A stretch of DNA of 64,000 nucleotides, taken from the NCBI GenBank assembly GCA_903837345.1, contig CAILUG010000020.1, positions 19,992 through 83,991 of the forward strand. The letters run 5' to 3'. The notes beneath the pieces were generated by a model. The model was not told where the DNA came from. It ran no database searches and saw only the letters and a program-made list of their open reading frames with translations. This DNA comes from an uncultured Gammaproteobacteria bacterium (GTDB taxonomy: Bacteria > Pseudomonadota > Gammaproteobacteria > Pseudomonadales > Pseudohongiellaceae). Below are positions 22,859 to 35,603 of this stretch, piece after piece. A program made the translations under genes and the position numbers. The number at the start of each line of letters is the position of its first letter. Positions within the stretch are counted from its first letter, which is position 1.

Positions 22859-23569
22859 ATGCGCATCGCACTGCCCTGGCTGGATGACGACACACTGGAC
22901 TTTCCCGACACAGCCACTGCCCTCACCGATCCCAATGGTTTGCTGGCAGCGGGCGGCGACTTGCGCCCCCCCCGACTGCTGGCCGCCTACCAGCACGGTA
23001 TCTTTCCCTGGTACAGCGCCAACCAGCCACTACTGTGGTGGTCACCGGATCCGCGCATGGTGCTGTTTCCGGCCGAGATCAAAATCAGTCGCAGTTTGTC
23101 GAAAATACTGAGGCAGAACCACTTTGCAGTGACTACCGACACCGCTTTTGCGGCAGTTCTGGCCGGTTGTGCCGGTCCTCGTCGGGGTGTTGATGGCACC
23201 TGGCTCGACTCCGGCATGCAGCAGGCCTATCTGCAATTGCACAGGGCCGGGCATGCCCATTCGGTTGAGATATGGCGCAATGGCCAGCTGGCAGGTGGAC
23301 TCTATGGCATCGCACTCGACGGCATCTTTTTCGGGGAATCCATGTTCAGTCACCAGAACAATGCCTCCAAGGTGGCCCTGGTCTGGCTCGCACACACACT
23401 TGTCGAATACGGGGTTCGCCTCATTGATTGCCAGCTACAGAGCCCTCATCTGGCAAGCATGGGAGCCCGCACCATCCCGCGCAATGAATTCAATGGTTTT
23501 CTGCCTGCAACAGCCGACATTTCCCGCCCTGCCCGCTGGCCTATACAATGGCAGCGTCTTCGTTGTTGA
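22859..23569 (+). CDS. aat: Leucyl/phenylalanyl-tRNA--protein transferase
   Basis: Family motifs LLAAYQHGIFPWY and GESMFS. Adjacent to bpt and infA. Confidence 0.9.
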   Translation: MRIALPWLDDDTLDFPDTATALTDPNGLLAAGGDLRPPRLLAAYQHGIFPWYSANQPLLWWSPDPRMVLFPAEIKISRSLSKILRQNHFAVTTDTAFAAVLAGCAGPRRGVDGTWLDSGMQQAYLQLHRAGHAHSVEIWRNGQLAGGLYGIALDGIFFGESMFSHQNNASKVALVWLAHTLVEYGVRLIDCQLQSPHLASMGARTIPRNEFNGFLPATADISRPARWPIQWQRLRC

Positions 23570-23578
23570 TTGGCGGCC

Positions 23579-24307
23579 ATGACTTCCCTGAAAGATATAC
23601 GGTTGTTCACCACGCAGCCGCACAAGTGCAGTTACCTGCCGGATCAGGAAGCACAAACCCTGTTCATCGATCCTGAGTTCCAGGTAGAAAAATCACATAA
23701 CAGCCGTCTGTCTGAAATCGGCTTCCGCCGCAGCGGCAGCCATGTCTATCGCCCCAATTGCAAATCCTGCCAGCAATGCATGTCATGCCGGGTATTGGTG
23801 CAGCATTTCACCAGCAACCGGCGTTTCGAACGCGTGCTCAAACGCAATGCTGACGTCGTGGTGGCACCAGTCACCTCCATCGCAGAAGAAGAATATTTCC
23901 TGCTTTACAAGCATTACATCTCGGTGCGGCATGGTGATGGCGACATGTACCCGCCCACACGTGAACAGTACGAAGCATTTTTGCTGAAGCAATGTGAGGG
24001 CACACTGTATTATTCGATGCGTTGCCGCGGAAGGCTGGTCGGGGTACTCGTGACCGACCGCCTCGAGAACGGTTTGTCAGCGGTTTACACTTACTATGAT
24101 CCGCTGGAAGACAAACGTTCACTCGGCACCTTCGCGGTATTGTGGCAGATCATGGAAGCCCGCCGGCTGGGCCTTTCCTATCTCTACCTCGGCTACTGGA
24201 TCCGGGACAGCCGCAAGATGCGCTACAAAACCCACTACCGTCCGCTCGAATTGCTGATACGCCAGCGCTGGGTGCTGATGACGGATTCGATGCTGGATGA
24301 CCGCTGA
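23579..24307 (+). CDS. bpt: Arginyl/aspartate-glutamate leucyltransferase family protein (Bpt, ATE-like)
   Basis: N-terminal Cys-rich pattern (HKCSYLP ... CKSCQQCMSCR) and C-terminal SAVYTYYDP and YLYLGYW motifs typical of the ATE/Bpt family. The start is the ATG at 23579 or the TTG at 23570. Confidence 0.85.
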   Translation: MTSLKDIRLFTTQPHKCSYLPDQEAQTLFIDPEFQVEKSHNSRLSEIGFRRSGSHVYRPNCKSCQQCMSCRVLVQHFTSNRRFERVLKRNADVVVAPVTSIAEEEYFLLYKHYISVRHGDGDMYPPTREQYEAFLLKQCEGTLYYSMRCRGRLVGVLVTDRLENGLSAVYTYYDPLEDKRSLGTFAVLWQIMEARRLGLSYLYLGYWIRDSRKMRYKTHYRPLELLIRQRWVLMTDSMLDDR

Positions 24308-24481
24308 AGGCCTCCCGACCCCCTTGCGTGAAGACTTTTCCCCGCAATATCGGCTTCAATTCATATTGCAGGTTTACTGTGGTAGCGCTTTTCGGGCAGA
24401 ATGCGCCACCTTGCAATGCCGCAAGGTTTGCCCAAGCCCCCTTTAGCTACTTTATTAAACAGTTCCCACACAGGCCATTGA

Positions 24482-24700
24482 ATGTCCAAAGAAGACCAGA
24501 TCGAGATGGAAGGTGAAGTGATTGATACACTTCCCAACACGATGTTCCGGGTAAAGCTGGAAAATGGTCACGTCGTGACGGCCCATATTTCAGGCAAAAT
24601 GCGCAAGAACTACATCCGCATTCTCACCGGCGACAAAGTCAAGGTTGAGATGACCCCTTACGACCTGAGCAAAGGTCGAATTACCTTCCGGGCCCGCTGA
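24482..24700 (+). CDS. infA: Translation initiation factor IF-1
   Basis: 72 aa, [72 protein letters not shown]; nearly invariant IF-1 sequence. Confidence 0.97.
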   Translation: MSKEDQIEMEGEVIDTLPNTMFRVKLENGHVVTAHISGKMRKNYIRILTGDKVKVEMTPYDLSKGRITFRAR

Positions 24701-24732
24701 GCCACTCTGGTAGCAGGCCCGGATTTGCCGGG

Positions 24733-27039
24733 TTACAGATCCAGATTCTCTTCCTTCATATCCTCATCATCTTCACGCGGTATTGGTGCATTTGAAGCTG
24801 TAATCTCGAGCTTGATGTCATCATTTTCCACGGTGACCTGCACATCCCCGCCGTTGACCAGATCTCCGAACAGGATGTCCTCAGCCAGCGGCTTCTTGAT
24901 CTTGTTCTGGATCAGACGCGCCATTGGTCTTGCACCCATAGCAACGTCGTAACCATGCTTCACAAACCAGTCAACAGCTTCGTCCTCGACATGGAATACC
25001 ACTCGCTTGTCATCCAGCTGGACTTGCAGTTCCACCAGGAACTTGTCGACAACGGTCCGGATGATGGATTTGTCCAGCGAACGGAACTGGATGATCGCAT
25101 CAAGCCGGTTGCGGAATTCCGGTGTGAACATGCGACGAATCACTTCCATCGCATCGGTCGTATGATCCTGGGTTGAAAAACCGATCGAAGATCTGCTCAT
25201 TTCCTGGGCGCCGGCATTGGTGGTCATGATCAGGATCACATTGCGGAAATCAGCCTTGCGACCATTGTTGTCAGTCAGCGTGCCATGATCCATCACCTGC
25301 AGCAGCAGGTTGAATACATCCGGATGGGCTTTTTCGATTTCGTCCAGCAACAGTACGCAATGCGGATTCTTGGATATCGCTTCGGTCAGCAAACCGCCCT
25401 GGTCGAAACCGATGTAGCCGGGAGGTGCACCAATCAGTCTGGAAACAGTATGTCGTTCCATGTACTCGGACATGTCGAAACGGATCAGCTCTATGCCCAT
25501 GATCTTGGCAAGCTGGCGACTGACTTCGGTTTTGCCGACTCCGGTAGGACCCGCAAACAGATAGGAGCCAATCGGTTTTTCGCCTTCTTTCAAACCTGCG
25601 CGGGAAAGCTTGATGGAAGCTGCCAGCGCATCGATGGCTTCATCCTGGCCGAACACCACCATCTTGAGGTTTTTCTCGAGATCCTTCAGCACGGTTTTGT
25701 CAGATGCGGAAACATTCTTGGGCGGAATTCTGGCAATTTGCGCCACCACTCTTTCAATGTCTTCGACCTGGATGACTTTCTTGCGTTTGTCCGCAGCTTG
25801 CAGACGCTGGAACGCACCCGCCTCATCGATGACATCGATGGCCTTGTCAGGCATGAAACGGTCATTGATATATCGTGATGCCAACTCGGCTGCTGCATGC
25901 AACGCCTTGTCGGTGTAACGCAGATCATGATGTTCCTCATAACGTGACTTGAGACCACGCAGAATCTGGTAAGTGGTTTCCACGTCAGGTTCAGTCACAT
26001 CGATTTTCTGGAACCGGCGCGACAAAGCCCGGTCCTTTTCAAAGATGCCGCGATATTCCTGATAGGTGGTGGAGCCTATGCAGCGGATCCTGCCGGAAGT
26101 CAGCACCGGTTTGAGCAGATTGGAGGCATCCATGACGCCGCCGGAAGCTGCACCAGCGCCGATGATGGTATGAATCTCGTCAATGAACAGGATCGCATGT
26201 TCTTTCCTGGCAAGTTCAGCCAGCAGCAATTTGAAGCGCTTCTCGAAATCACCGCGGTATTTGGTACCAGCCAGCAGCGCCCCCATGTCGAGCGAATACA
26301 CAACGCTGTCCTTGAGAATTTCAGGAACCTGGCCATCGACGATCTGTTTGGCCAGACCTTCCGCAATGGCAGTTTTGCCGACGCCGGATTCACCGACGAA
26401 CAGCGGATTGTTCTTGCGACGACGCGACAACACCTGGATCAACCGGGTGATTTCCTGTTCCCGGCCAATCAGCGGATCAATGCGCCCGGCTTTGGCTTCT
26501 TCGTTGAGATTGAGAGCGAAACTTTCGAGCGGATTCTGGGGCTTCTCCTTGGCACCCTCGCCGATATTGCCCAACTCGGAATCGGACTCGTCACTGAGGC
26601 CGGGGCCGCGAATATTGCCGTGCGTGATGAAGTTGACGACTTCACCACGGTTGACACCGTGTTTTTTCAGCAGATACACCGCATGGCTGTCTTTCTCGCC
26701 GAAAATGGCTACCAGCACATTGGCACCTGACACTTCCCGCTTGCCGGTGGATTGCACATGGAACACTGCCCGCTGGATGACCCGCTGGAAACCGAGCGTC
26801 TGTGTCACTTCCTGGTTGTCATTGGGTTCAGGCAACTGCGGAATATGGGTGGTGAGATACTGCTGAAGGTCTGTTCTCAACTTGTCCGTTTCCACATCGC
26901 ATGCCAGCAGTATTTCGCGGGCAGCACTTTCGTCGAGCAATGCCAGCAGCAGATGCTCGACGGTGATGAACTCATGTCGTTTCATGCGTGCCCAGGTGAC
27001 AACATGATTGAGGGCGGTTTCAAATTCTTTGCTGAACAT
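24733..27039 (-). CDS. clpA: ATP-dependent Clp protease ATP-binding subunit ClpA
   Basis: 768 aa with a Clp N-domain and two AAA+ modules (GESGVGKTA and GPTGVGKTE Walker A motifs). Confidence 0.95.
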   Translation of the reverse strand: MFSKEFETALNHVVTWARMKRHEFITVEHLLLALLDESAAREILLACDVETDKLRTDLQQYLTTHIPQLPEPNDNQEVTQTLGFQRVIQRAVFHVQSTGKREVSGANVLVAIFGEKDSHAVYLLKKHGVNRGEVVNFITHGNIRGPGLSDESDSELGNIGEGAKEKPQNPLESFALNLNEEAKAGRIDPLIGREQEITRLIQVLSRRRKNNPLFVGESGVGKTAIAEGLAKQIVDGQVPEILKDSVVYSLDMGALLAGTKYRGDFEKRFKLLLAELARKEHAILFIDEIHTIIGAGAASGGVMDASNLLKPVLTSGRIRCIGSTTYQEYRGIFEKDRALSRRFQKIDVTEPDVETTYQILRGLKSRYEEHHDLRYTDKALHAAAELASRYINDRFMPDKAIDVIDEAGAFQRLQAADKRKKVIQVEDIERVVAQIARIPPKNVSASDKTVLKDLEKNLKMVVFGQDEAIDALAASIKLSRAGLKEGEKPIGSYLFAGPTGVGKTEVSRQLAKIMGIELIRFDMSEYMERHTVSRLIGAPPGYIGFDQGGLLTEAISKNPHCVLLLDEIEKAHPDVFNLLLQVMDHGTLTDNNGRKADFRNVILIMTTNAGAQEMSRSSIGFSTQDHTTDAMEVIRRMFTPEFRNRLDAIIQFRSLDKSIIRTVVDKFLVELQVQLDDKRVVFHVEDEAVDWFVKHGYDVAMGARPMARLIQNKIKKPLAEDILFGDLVNGGDVQVTVENDDIKLEITASNAPIPREDDEDMKEENLDL

Positions 27040-27123
27040 GGAAAATACCTTTCAATTGGACTGCTTCAACCGCTACATGGGGGCGATCACCCAAAAATCA
27101 AAGGGCGCAAGTGCCAATGCCCG

Positions 27124-27510
27124 TCAATCATCTGCCTCAATATCACACATCAAGGGGTGTTCTGCAGCCCTGGCATGTTCATTGACCTGGGTCGCCTTGG
27201 TTTCTGCTATCTCCTTGGGAAATACTCCGCACACACCCTTGCCTTCTGTATGGACTTTCAACATCACCCGGGTCGCCGTTTCGGTATTCATGCCAAAAAA
27301 CTGGCGCAGGATTTCCACCACAAATTCCATGGGCGTGTAGTCGTCGTTCAGCAGGATCACGCGGTAGAGCGGCGGGGGTTTGATTTTTACCTGAGCAGGC
27401 GCCAGAGCTTCACGGATACCGTTCTCGCGCTGCTGCTCATCATCATTGCCGTCGTTCTGACCGCGAATGGCCAACTGTGTAGCCTGCCTAGAAAGTTTCA
27501 AATAAGTCAT
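27124..27510 (-). CDS. clpS: ATP-dependent Clp protease adaptor ClpS (N-degron recognin)
   Basis: The core [23 protein letters not shown] is the ClpS signature. The start is placed at the ATG at 27510 (MTYLK...). Lies upstream of clpA. Confidence 0.9.
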   Translation of the reverse strand: MTYLKLSRQATQLAIRGQNDGNDDEQQRENGIREALAPAQVKIKPPPLYRVILLNDDYTPMEFVVEILRQFFGMNTETATRVMLKVHTEGKGVCGVFPKEIAETKATQVNEHARAAEHPLMCDIEADD

Positions 27511-27741
27511 GGTTCTCACGTGCAGCCGGCATTCACAGCCAGCCAAAAAAGTACTCAGAAACTATAGCATGTTTCATCGTGATGACTGAGCCGGCCCAAG
27601 GTCACTACCGGCCCCTGCCAAGCACTGCGATTTGCAATTTATAACCCGCCTGCACGTGACCTCGTGGCAACTTCCGGTCTTTTCCTGTTACTTGCAGCCA
27701 GTTCCTAGCAAAAATGATGCAAATCTTGCGGGGAATTGCAT

Positions 27742-27770
27742 TTGACAGGCAAAAAAAATAAGGTTATACG
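27742..27770 (+). promoter_or_regulatory. Candidate sigma70 promoter for the cold-shock-domain gene
   Basis: TTGACA (27742-27747), a 17-nt A-rich spacer, then TATACG (27765-27770). This leaves a 5' UTR of roughly 100 nt, as is common for csp genes. Confidence 0.4.
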
Positions 27771-27875
27771 TTTGGGATCTTGTAAAAACACAATAAATAC
27801 AAGACATAACAAGATGAATTTCAACTCGAAATCATCGACATAATATTGCAGTGATCATTGGAGTGGGGGGAATGC

Positions 27876-28124
27876 ATGAGCACAGGACAGGTGAAGTGGT
27901 TCAACAACGCCAAAGGCTTCGGTTTCATTCTGCCCGACGGCGGTGGCAGTGACTTGTTTGCACACTATTCCGCAATCGCGATGGAAGGCTACAAGACCCT
28001 GAAAGCGGGTCAGGTCGTGTCGTTCGAAATCATCGAAGGACCCAAGGGCTTGCACGCCACCAATATCATGCCTGTCAACGGCGGCCTGCCAGGCAGCAGT
28101 GACGCAGACAAGGCGCCGGTCTGA
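27876..28124 (+). CDS. cspD: Cold-shock domain protein, CspD-like
   Basis: [18 protein letters not shown]...DLFAHYSAI carries RNP1 and RNP2 motifs. Divergent from clpS as in E. coli. A C-terminal extension is typical of CspD. Confidence 0.88.
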   Translation: MSTGQVKWFNNAKGFGFILPDGGGSDLFAHYSAIAMEGYKTLKAGQVVSFEIIEGPKGLHATNIMPVNGGLPGSSDADKAPV

Positions 28125-28139
28125 TTGCTGTCCCGCTGA

Positions 28140-28670
28140 GTGCTTATACTTTTCAATAAACCCTTTGGCGTGTTGAGCCAGTTCACGTCAGAGGCCGGCC
28201 ATCGCGGACTCGGCGATTTCATTCCTGTCAAAGGTGTCTATCCGGCCGGGCGTCTCGATCATGACTCTGAAGGCTTGTTGCTGCTGACCGACGACGGCAG
28301 CTTGCAACATCGCATCAGCGACCCCCGCCACAAGCTGGCCAAGACTTATTGGGTACAGGTGGAAGGCCTCATTACCGATGCAGCTTTGCTGCAATTAAGC
28401 GGCGGGGTTGAGCTCAATGACGGCAAAACCTTGCCAGCCCTTGCCGCTGCGATGCCAGCGCCCGGACTCTGGCCGCGGGTACCGCCAATACGCATACGCA
28501 AATCGGTTCCGGATTCCTGGTTGAGTCTCACTTTGAAAGAAGGCCGCAACCGGCAAGTGCGGCGCATGACTGCTGCAGCAGGCTTCCCCACATTACGCCT
28601 GGTGCGATGGCAGATTGGTGAATGGACTCTGGATGGGTTGCAACCTGGCGAATACCGGGTAATTCGCTAG
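28140..28670 (+). CDS. rluE: RsuA-family rRNA pseudouridine synthase (RluE-like)
   Basis: [13 protein letters not shown]...[22 protein letters not shown] contains the catalytic Asp motif and parallels E. coli RluE. GTG start. Confidence 0.8.
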   Translation: MLILFNKPFGVLSQFTSEAGHRGLGDFIPVKGVYPAGRLDHDSEGLLLLTDDGSLQHRISDPRHKLAKTYWVQVEGLITDAALLQLSGGVELNDGKTLPALAAAMPAPGLWPRVPPIRIRKSVPDSWLSLTLKEGRNRQVRRMTAAAGFPTLRLVRWQIGEWTLDGLQPGEYRVIR

Positions 28671-28684
28671 TTCAACAGCAGGGA

Positions 28685-29137
28685 TCACCAGCGTTCGCTT
28701 GCTGCTTGATCGGAGTCTTTGGCTTCCACCCAGTGTTCGCCGTTCTGCAGCAGGCACTTCTTCCAGAACGGTGCACGCGTTTTCAGAAAGTCCATGATGA
28801 ATTCACAGGCCGCAAAAGCAGCACCGCGATGTGAGCTGCTGACACCCACAAATACAATCTGGTCACCTGGCACCAAAGTGCCGACTCGATGCACCACTGT
28901 TGCATCCAGCAGCGGCCAGCGTTGCTGTGCCTCCACCAGGATTTTATCCAGACTCCTTTCAGTCATGCCCGGATAGTGCTCCAGGAACAACGACTTGATG
29001 GTCTGGCCGTCCTGCAGTTCCCTCACCAGTCCAGTGAAGGTGGCGACAGCACCGATGTTGGCAGAAAGCTCACGCAAGCAATCGATCTCTGCCTGCACAT
29101 TGAAATCGTCTTGTTGTATGCGGATATTGAAAGCCAT
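28685..29137 (-). CDS. moaE: Molybdopterin synthase catalytic subunit
   Basis: 150 aa of the MoaE family (GAVATFTGLVR ... SSHRGAAFAACEFIMDFLKTRAPFWKK). Lies downstream of moaD. Confidence 0.88.
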   Translation of the reverse strand: MAFNIRIQQDDFNVQAEIDCLRELSANIGAVATFTGLVRELQDGQTIKSLFLEHYPGMTERSLDKILVEAQQRWPLLDATVVHRVGTLVPGDQIVFVGVSSSHRGAAFAACEFIMDFLKTRAPFWKKCLLQNGEHWVEAKDSDQAASERW

Positions 29138-29146
29138 AGTGATCCG

Positions 29147-29398
29147 TCATCCACCGGTAACAGGCGGGAAAAAAGCGACTTCGTCACCGTCTCGCACTGC
29201 AGTCGACAACGGCACCACCTCATGATTGACCGCTGCCAGCACCTTGTTGGCAGCAAGCACTGCACGGGCTTTCTCACCGTGTTTTTGCACCAGTGCTTCC
29301 AGCAACAGCGCAACCGTGGTTGCCGCCGCCGCAGGCAACTGTTCCTGTGACAAACCCATGGCTTCCCGGATGTTGGCAAAATAACGAACTTCAATCAT
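29147..29398 (-). CDS. moaD: Molybdopterin synthase sulfur-carrier subunit
   Basis: 83 aa ending in FFPPVTGG, the C-terminal Gly-Gly of MoaD/ThiS-like carriers. Confidence 0.85.
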   Translation of the reverse strand: MIEVRYFANIREAMGLSQEQLPAAAATTVALLLEALVQKHGEKARAVLAANKVLAAVNHEVVPLSTAVRDGDEVAFFPPVTGG

Positions 29399-29416
29399 CG
29401 TTTGGTTTCCGGCTAT

Positions 29417-29896
29417 TCACGACTGGCGTTGCCAGTGGCCTGACTTGCCGCCCTGTTTGTCCACCAGCTGGATCTGGCGTATCACCATGCCGCGATCAAC
29501 TGCCTTGCACATGTCATAGAGCGTCAGCGCTGCTACCGACACGGCTGTCAGCGCCTCCATTTCGACACCGGTCTGACCCGACAGGTTGCAAGTGGCGGTT
29601 ATATGAACCGACGCCGATTCAGGATGGGGAGTCAATTCTACCTTGACGCTGGTGAGCATCAGTGGATGGCACAACGGGATCAGATCGGAACATTTTTTTG
29701 CTGCCTGGATGCCGGCAATCCGCGCTACCGCAAACACATCACCTTTCTTGTGGGTGCCATCGGCAATCATTTGCAAGGTGGCCGGTTGCATGTCGACCCA
29801 CGCTTCGGCAGTGGCCGAACGCTGGCTGACGGCTTTGTCGCCAACATCTACCATGTGGGCCTGGCCTTTGGCATCGAGATGGGTCAATTTGCTCAT
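29417..29896 (-). CDS. moaC: Cyclic pyranopterin monophosphate synthase
   Basis: 159 aa: [21 protein letters not shown]...LIPLCHPL...GVEMEALTA. Highly conserved MoaC motifs. Confidence 0.92.
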   Translation of the reverse strand: MSKLTHLDAKGQAHMVDVGDKAVSQRSATAEAWVDMQPATLQMIADGTHKKGDVFAVARIAGIQAAKKCSDLIPLCHPLMLTSVKVELTPHPESASVHITATCNLSGQTGVEMEALTAVSVAALTLYDMCKAVDRGMVIRQIQLVDKQGGKSGHWQRQS

Positions 29897-30005
29897 ATGG
29901 GTGTTTCACTGTTGGCAAGCAAGTCATTATCCTCTTTGATCCTGCGTTTATGAAAGGGCACGATTCGGTTAGCATGCGCTCCCCTTCCCGCCCGGTTTGC
30001 CCGCC

Positions 30006-30452
30006 ATGATCTGGTTAGCCCATAGTTCCGTCGCCACCATCGTTGAAGACCAGGGTCGTTTCCTGATGGTGGAGGAGCGGGATGGCGAGCGCATCGTCTT
30101 CAACCAGCCAGCCGGTCATCTGGATGAAGGGGAAACCCTGTTTGCTGCCGCCAGACGGGAAACGCTGGAAGAAACCGCCTGGGAAGTGGAGCTGACTGCA
30201 TTGTTGGGACTCTACCATTACCCTGCCCCCAATGGCGTCACCTATATCCGCCACTGCTTTGTCGCCACCCCCATTTTGCATCACCCGGGACGGGATCTGG
30301 ACACCCCGATCATCGCCGCGCACTGGCTCACTGCTGAACAGGTTTTTGACGAAGCATTCCCGGTACGCAGCCCGATTGTGCGCCGTTGTCTGCAGGATTA
30401 TCTGGCCGGCATCCGCTATCCATTGTCCTTGATCCACCATCTGCAACCATGA
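30006..30452 (+). CDS. NUDIX hydrolase (NudJ-like position)
   Basis: Nudix box [23 protein letters not shown]. The stop overlaps the mnmA start (ATGA). The start is the ATG at 30006 or the TTG at 29997. Confidence 0.75.
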   Translation: MIWLAHSSVATIVEDQGRFLMVEERDGERIVFNQPAGHLDEGETLFAAARRETLEETAWEVELTALLGLYHYPAPNGVTYIRHCFVATPILHHPGRDLDTPIIAAHWLTAEQVFDEAFPVRSPIVRRCLQDYLAGIRYPLSLIHHLQP

Positions 30453-31546
30453 ATCCTGCCGATACCAAAGTCATTGTGGGCATGTCCGGTGGCGTCGACT
30501 CTTCAGTGGCGGCACTGCTGTTGCGTGAAGAGGGTTATCAGGTGTCAGGCCTCTTCATGAAAAACTGGGATGAGGATGACGGCACTGAATATTGCACTGC
30601 CAGGACCGATCTGGCTGATGCCGAAGCAGTGTGCCGCAATCTGGGCATCAAATTGCATACCGCCAATTTTGCGGCCGAGTACTGGGACAATGTGTTTGAT
30701 CATTTCCTAGGGGAATATCGTCGCGGCCGCACACCCAACCCCGATATCCTGTGCAACAAGGAAATCAAGTTCAAGGCTTTTCTTGATTACGCTACCCAGT
30801 TGGGCGCCGACCTCATCGCCACTGGTCATTATGCCCGCACTGCCGATGTTGATGGCCGCACCCAGCTGCTGAAAGGTCTGGATCCGCTCAAGGACCAAAG
30901 CTATTTCCTCAGTGCCGTAAATGAAAAACAACTGGAACGTACGCTGTTTCCGGTGGGCGCTTTACCGAAGCCCGAAGTACGCGCCCTGGCCGCACAATAT
31001 TCACTGGCCACCCACAACAAGAAAGACAGCACTGGCATATGCTTCATCGGAGAGCGCCGCTTCAGGGATTTCCTGCAGACGTACCTGCCGGCCCAGCCCG
31101 GCCTGATTGAAACTCCGGAAGGCAAAGTGCTGGGTGAACATCAGGGCCTGATGTATCACACACTTGGCCAGCGCGCCGGTCTTGGCATTGGCGGCGTCCA
31201 TGGCAGTGATGAAGCACCCTGGTATGTGGCAGCCAAGGACATGCAACGCAATGTGCTGGTTGTTGTGCAAGGCAACGAACATCCGCTGCTGTTTTCAGGC
31301 AGCCTGACTGCGGCCACACTGGACTGGGTCAACGATCCGCCGGTGCTGCCGTTGCAATGTGCTGCCAAGATCCGCTATCGGCAAGCCGACCAGATTTGTA
31401 CTGTCACGACCGGTGCCAATGCCGAACTCAATGTAGTGTTTGCCACACCCCAGCGGGCAGTCACACCGGGGCAGCAAGTGGTGTTTTATGCAGGAGAACG
31501 CTGCCTTGGTGGCGGCGTCATACAAGCCAGCCTGGTGGCGGAATGA
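30449..31546 (+). CDS. mnmA: tRNA 2-thiouridine(34) synthase
   Basis: PP-loop [13 protein letters not shown], with conserved Cys-containing regions (TGICFIGER). Confidence 0.93.
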   Translation: MNPADTKVIVGMSGGVDSSVAALLLREEGYQVSGLFMKNWDEDDGTEYCTARTDLADAEAVCRNLGIKLHTANFAAEYWDNVFDHFLGEYRRGRTPNPDILCNKEIKFKAFLDYATQLGADLIATGHYARTADVDGRTQLLKGLDPLKDQSYFLSAVNEKQLERTLFPVGALPKPEVRALAAQYSLATHNKKDSTGICFIGERRFRDFLQTYLPAQPGLIETPEGKVLGEHQGLMYHTLGQRAGLGIGGVHGSDEAPWYVAAKDMQRNVLVVVQGNEHPLLFSGSLTAATLDWVNDPPVLPLQCAAKIRYRQADQICTVTTGANAELNVVFATPQRAVTPGQQVVFYAGERCLGGGVIQASLVAE

Positions 31547-32169
31547 GTGATCAGCAACAGCAACTCATAGCCCTGGCAGGCGTGGCCCAATCAGCGGTGC
31601 TGGTGCATCAGCTGGCACTGCACGGCATCGTGGCACAGGACAAATTTGCCACCGCAGTCCACAGCCTGTTGATGCTGGATCCGCCCGGCACGCTTGAAGT
31701 ATTCGGCTCCCTCAAACAGTTGCGGCTCGGGCTGGAAACCCTCAAAGAGTTGCTCGGCAGTTATGAATCGGTGCTGGCGCCTGCCGAAGGCCCGCGCTAT
31801 TTCTCGGGCATTCTGCATCTGGAAGGCCAGCTGAAGTCCCGCACCAGCATGCTTGCCCACATCCGCATCGAGCTGCTGCGTTTGCAAAAGAATTATCCCG
31901 GCGAGCAGATCGTCGAGGAACCGGCTGCTCTCAAGGATCTGGCGGCGTTGTACCGGTCAACTCTGAGTACACTACCCTTCCGCATCCATGTCAGGGGTGA
32001 TCTCAACTATCTGCGCAATGACTATGTGGCCGACAAGGTGCGCATCCTGCTGTTTGCCGGCGTCAGGGCCGCGTTTCTGTGGCGCCAGCTGGGGGGACGA
32101 CGCTGGCAGCTGCTGTTCCGGCGTGGACGCCTTGCCAGCGGCGTAGAGCAATTGCTGCTAACCCTTTAA
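31543..32169 (+). CDS. hflD: High-frequency-of-lysogenization protein HflD homolog
   Basis: 208 aa: [25 protein letters not shown]... It sits between mnmA and purB, the conserved gammaproteobacterial order. The start overlaps the mnmA stop. Confidence 0.8.
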   Translation: MSDQQQQLIALAGVAQSAVLVHQLALHGIVAQDKFATAVHSLLMLDPPGTLEVFGSLKQLRLGLETLKELLGSYESVLAPAEGPRYFSGILHLEGQLKSRTSMLAHIRIELLRLQKNYPGEQIVEEPAALKDLAALYRSTLSTLPFRIHVRGDLNYLRNDYVADKVRILLFAGVRAAFLWRQLGGRRWQLLFRRGRLASGVEQLLLTL

Positions 32170-32233
32170 AGCGGATGCCATTGGCAGGAAAACCCTGCTT
32201 TACAGAGCGGCTTGCGTTAAAATGGCAGGGTAA

Positions 32234-34756
<2,523 letters not shown>

Positions 34757-34764
<8 letters not shown>

Positions 34765-35599
34765 GAGTGTGGGCATCCTGCATCCGGGCGAGATGGGCAG
34801 TTCACTGGCGCAAACTGTCCACAATACTGTCGGCAAAGTGTATTGGTGCTCGCAAGGACGCAGTGAAGCAACCCGCACGCGGGCCGAGCAGCACGGTCTG
34901 CTGGAAATAACTACACTGACGGAATTCTGCCAGCGCTGTGCACTGATCATCGGGGTCTGTCCGCCGCATGCAGCGCAACAGCTAGCACAATCACTGGTTG
35001 CCGCCGGTTACCAGGGACTCTATCTGGAAGCCAATGCCATCGCGCCGGCCACTGTGCAACATCTGGCGGCAATGCTGGCGGCTGCAGGAATTACCCTGGT
35101 CGATGGCGGCATCGTTGGACTGCCCGCCAAAGCCAGAGGCACAACCTGGCTGTATCTTTCAGGACCGCGTGCTGATGAGGTACGACAATGCTTCACAGCG
35201 GGCCCGTTTGAATCAGTAGTACTCGGCCCGCACGTTGGCCAGGCCTCGGCGCTCAAAATGCTTTATGCCGCCTGGAACAAGGGCAAGACTGCGCTTTGGG
35301 GTGCCACCCTCGCCGCCGCTGAACACTACGGCGTAAGAAACGCTTTGGAAATTCAGTTTGATCAGCATGCAGCCGGGCAGACTGCCGCCATGCACAATCA
35401 GCTTCGCAGTGTAGCGCGCAAGGCCTGGCGCTTTACCGGAGAGATGGAAGAAATCGCGGCCACGCTGGCTGCAAGCGGCGCACCACCGGAATTTTTTGTG
35501 GCAGCAGCCGAGGTCTATCACCAGCAAAGACATTGCAAGGACAGAGCGGAGCCGCCGCCCCTGCCAGAATTGCTGCACTTGATAACCAAACCCGATTGA
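34757..35599 (+). CDS. NAD(P)-binding beta-hydroxyacid-dehydrogenase-like oxidoreductase
   Basis: N-terminal dinucleotide-binding-like motif VGILHPGEMGSSLA and a helical C-terminal domain. The specific function is unknown. Confidence 0.55.
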
Positions 35600-35603
35600 G
35601 TAC

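Noticed and set aside
27569-27589. A mini-ORF, ATG TTT CAT CGT GAT GAC TGA, in the clpS/cspD intergenic region as a leader peptide.
   Set aside because: It has no SD and no obvious attenuator structure coupled to it, and it is only six codons long. It is most likely chance.
29897-29996. A possible Moco riboswitch upstream of moaC. I also looked for a fluoride riboswitch upstream of crcB and a cobalamin riboswitch upstream of the TonB-dependent receptors.
   Set aside because: The moaC leader is only about 100 nt and lacks the conserved Moco-motif sequences I recall. crcB starts 2 nt after rarA, so there is no room for a riboswitch. The receptor leaders lack a recognisable B12 box. This cannot be fully excluded without an Infernal scan.
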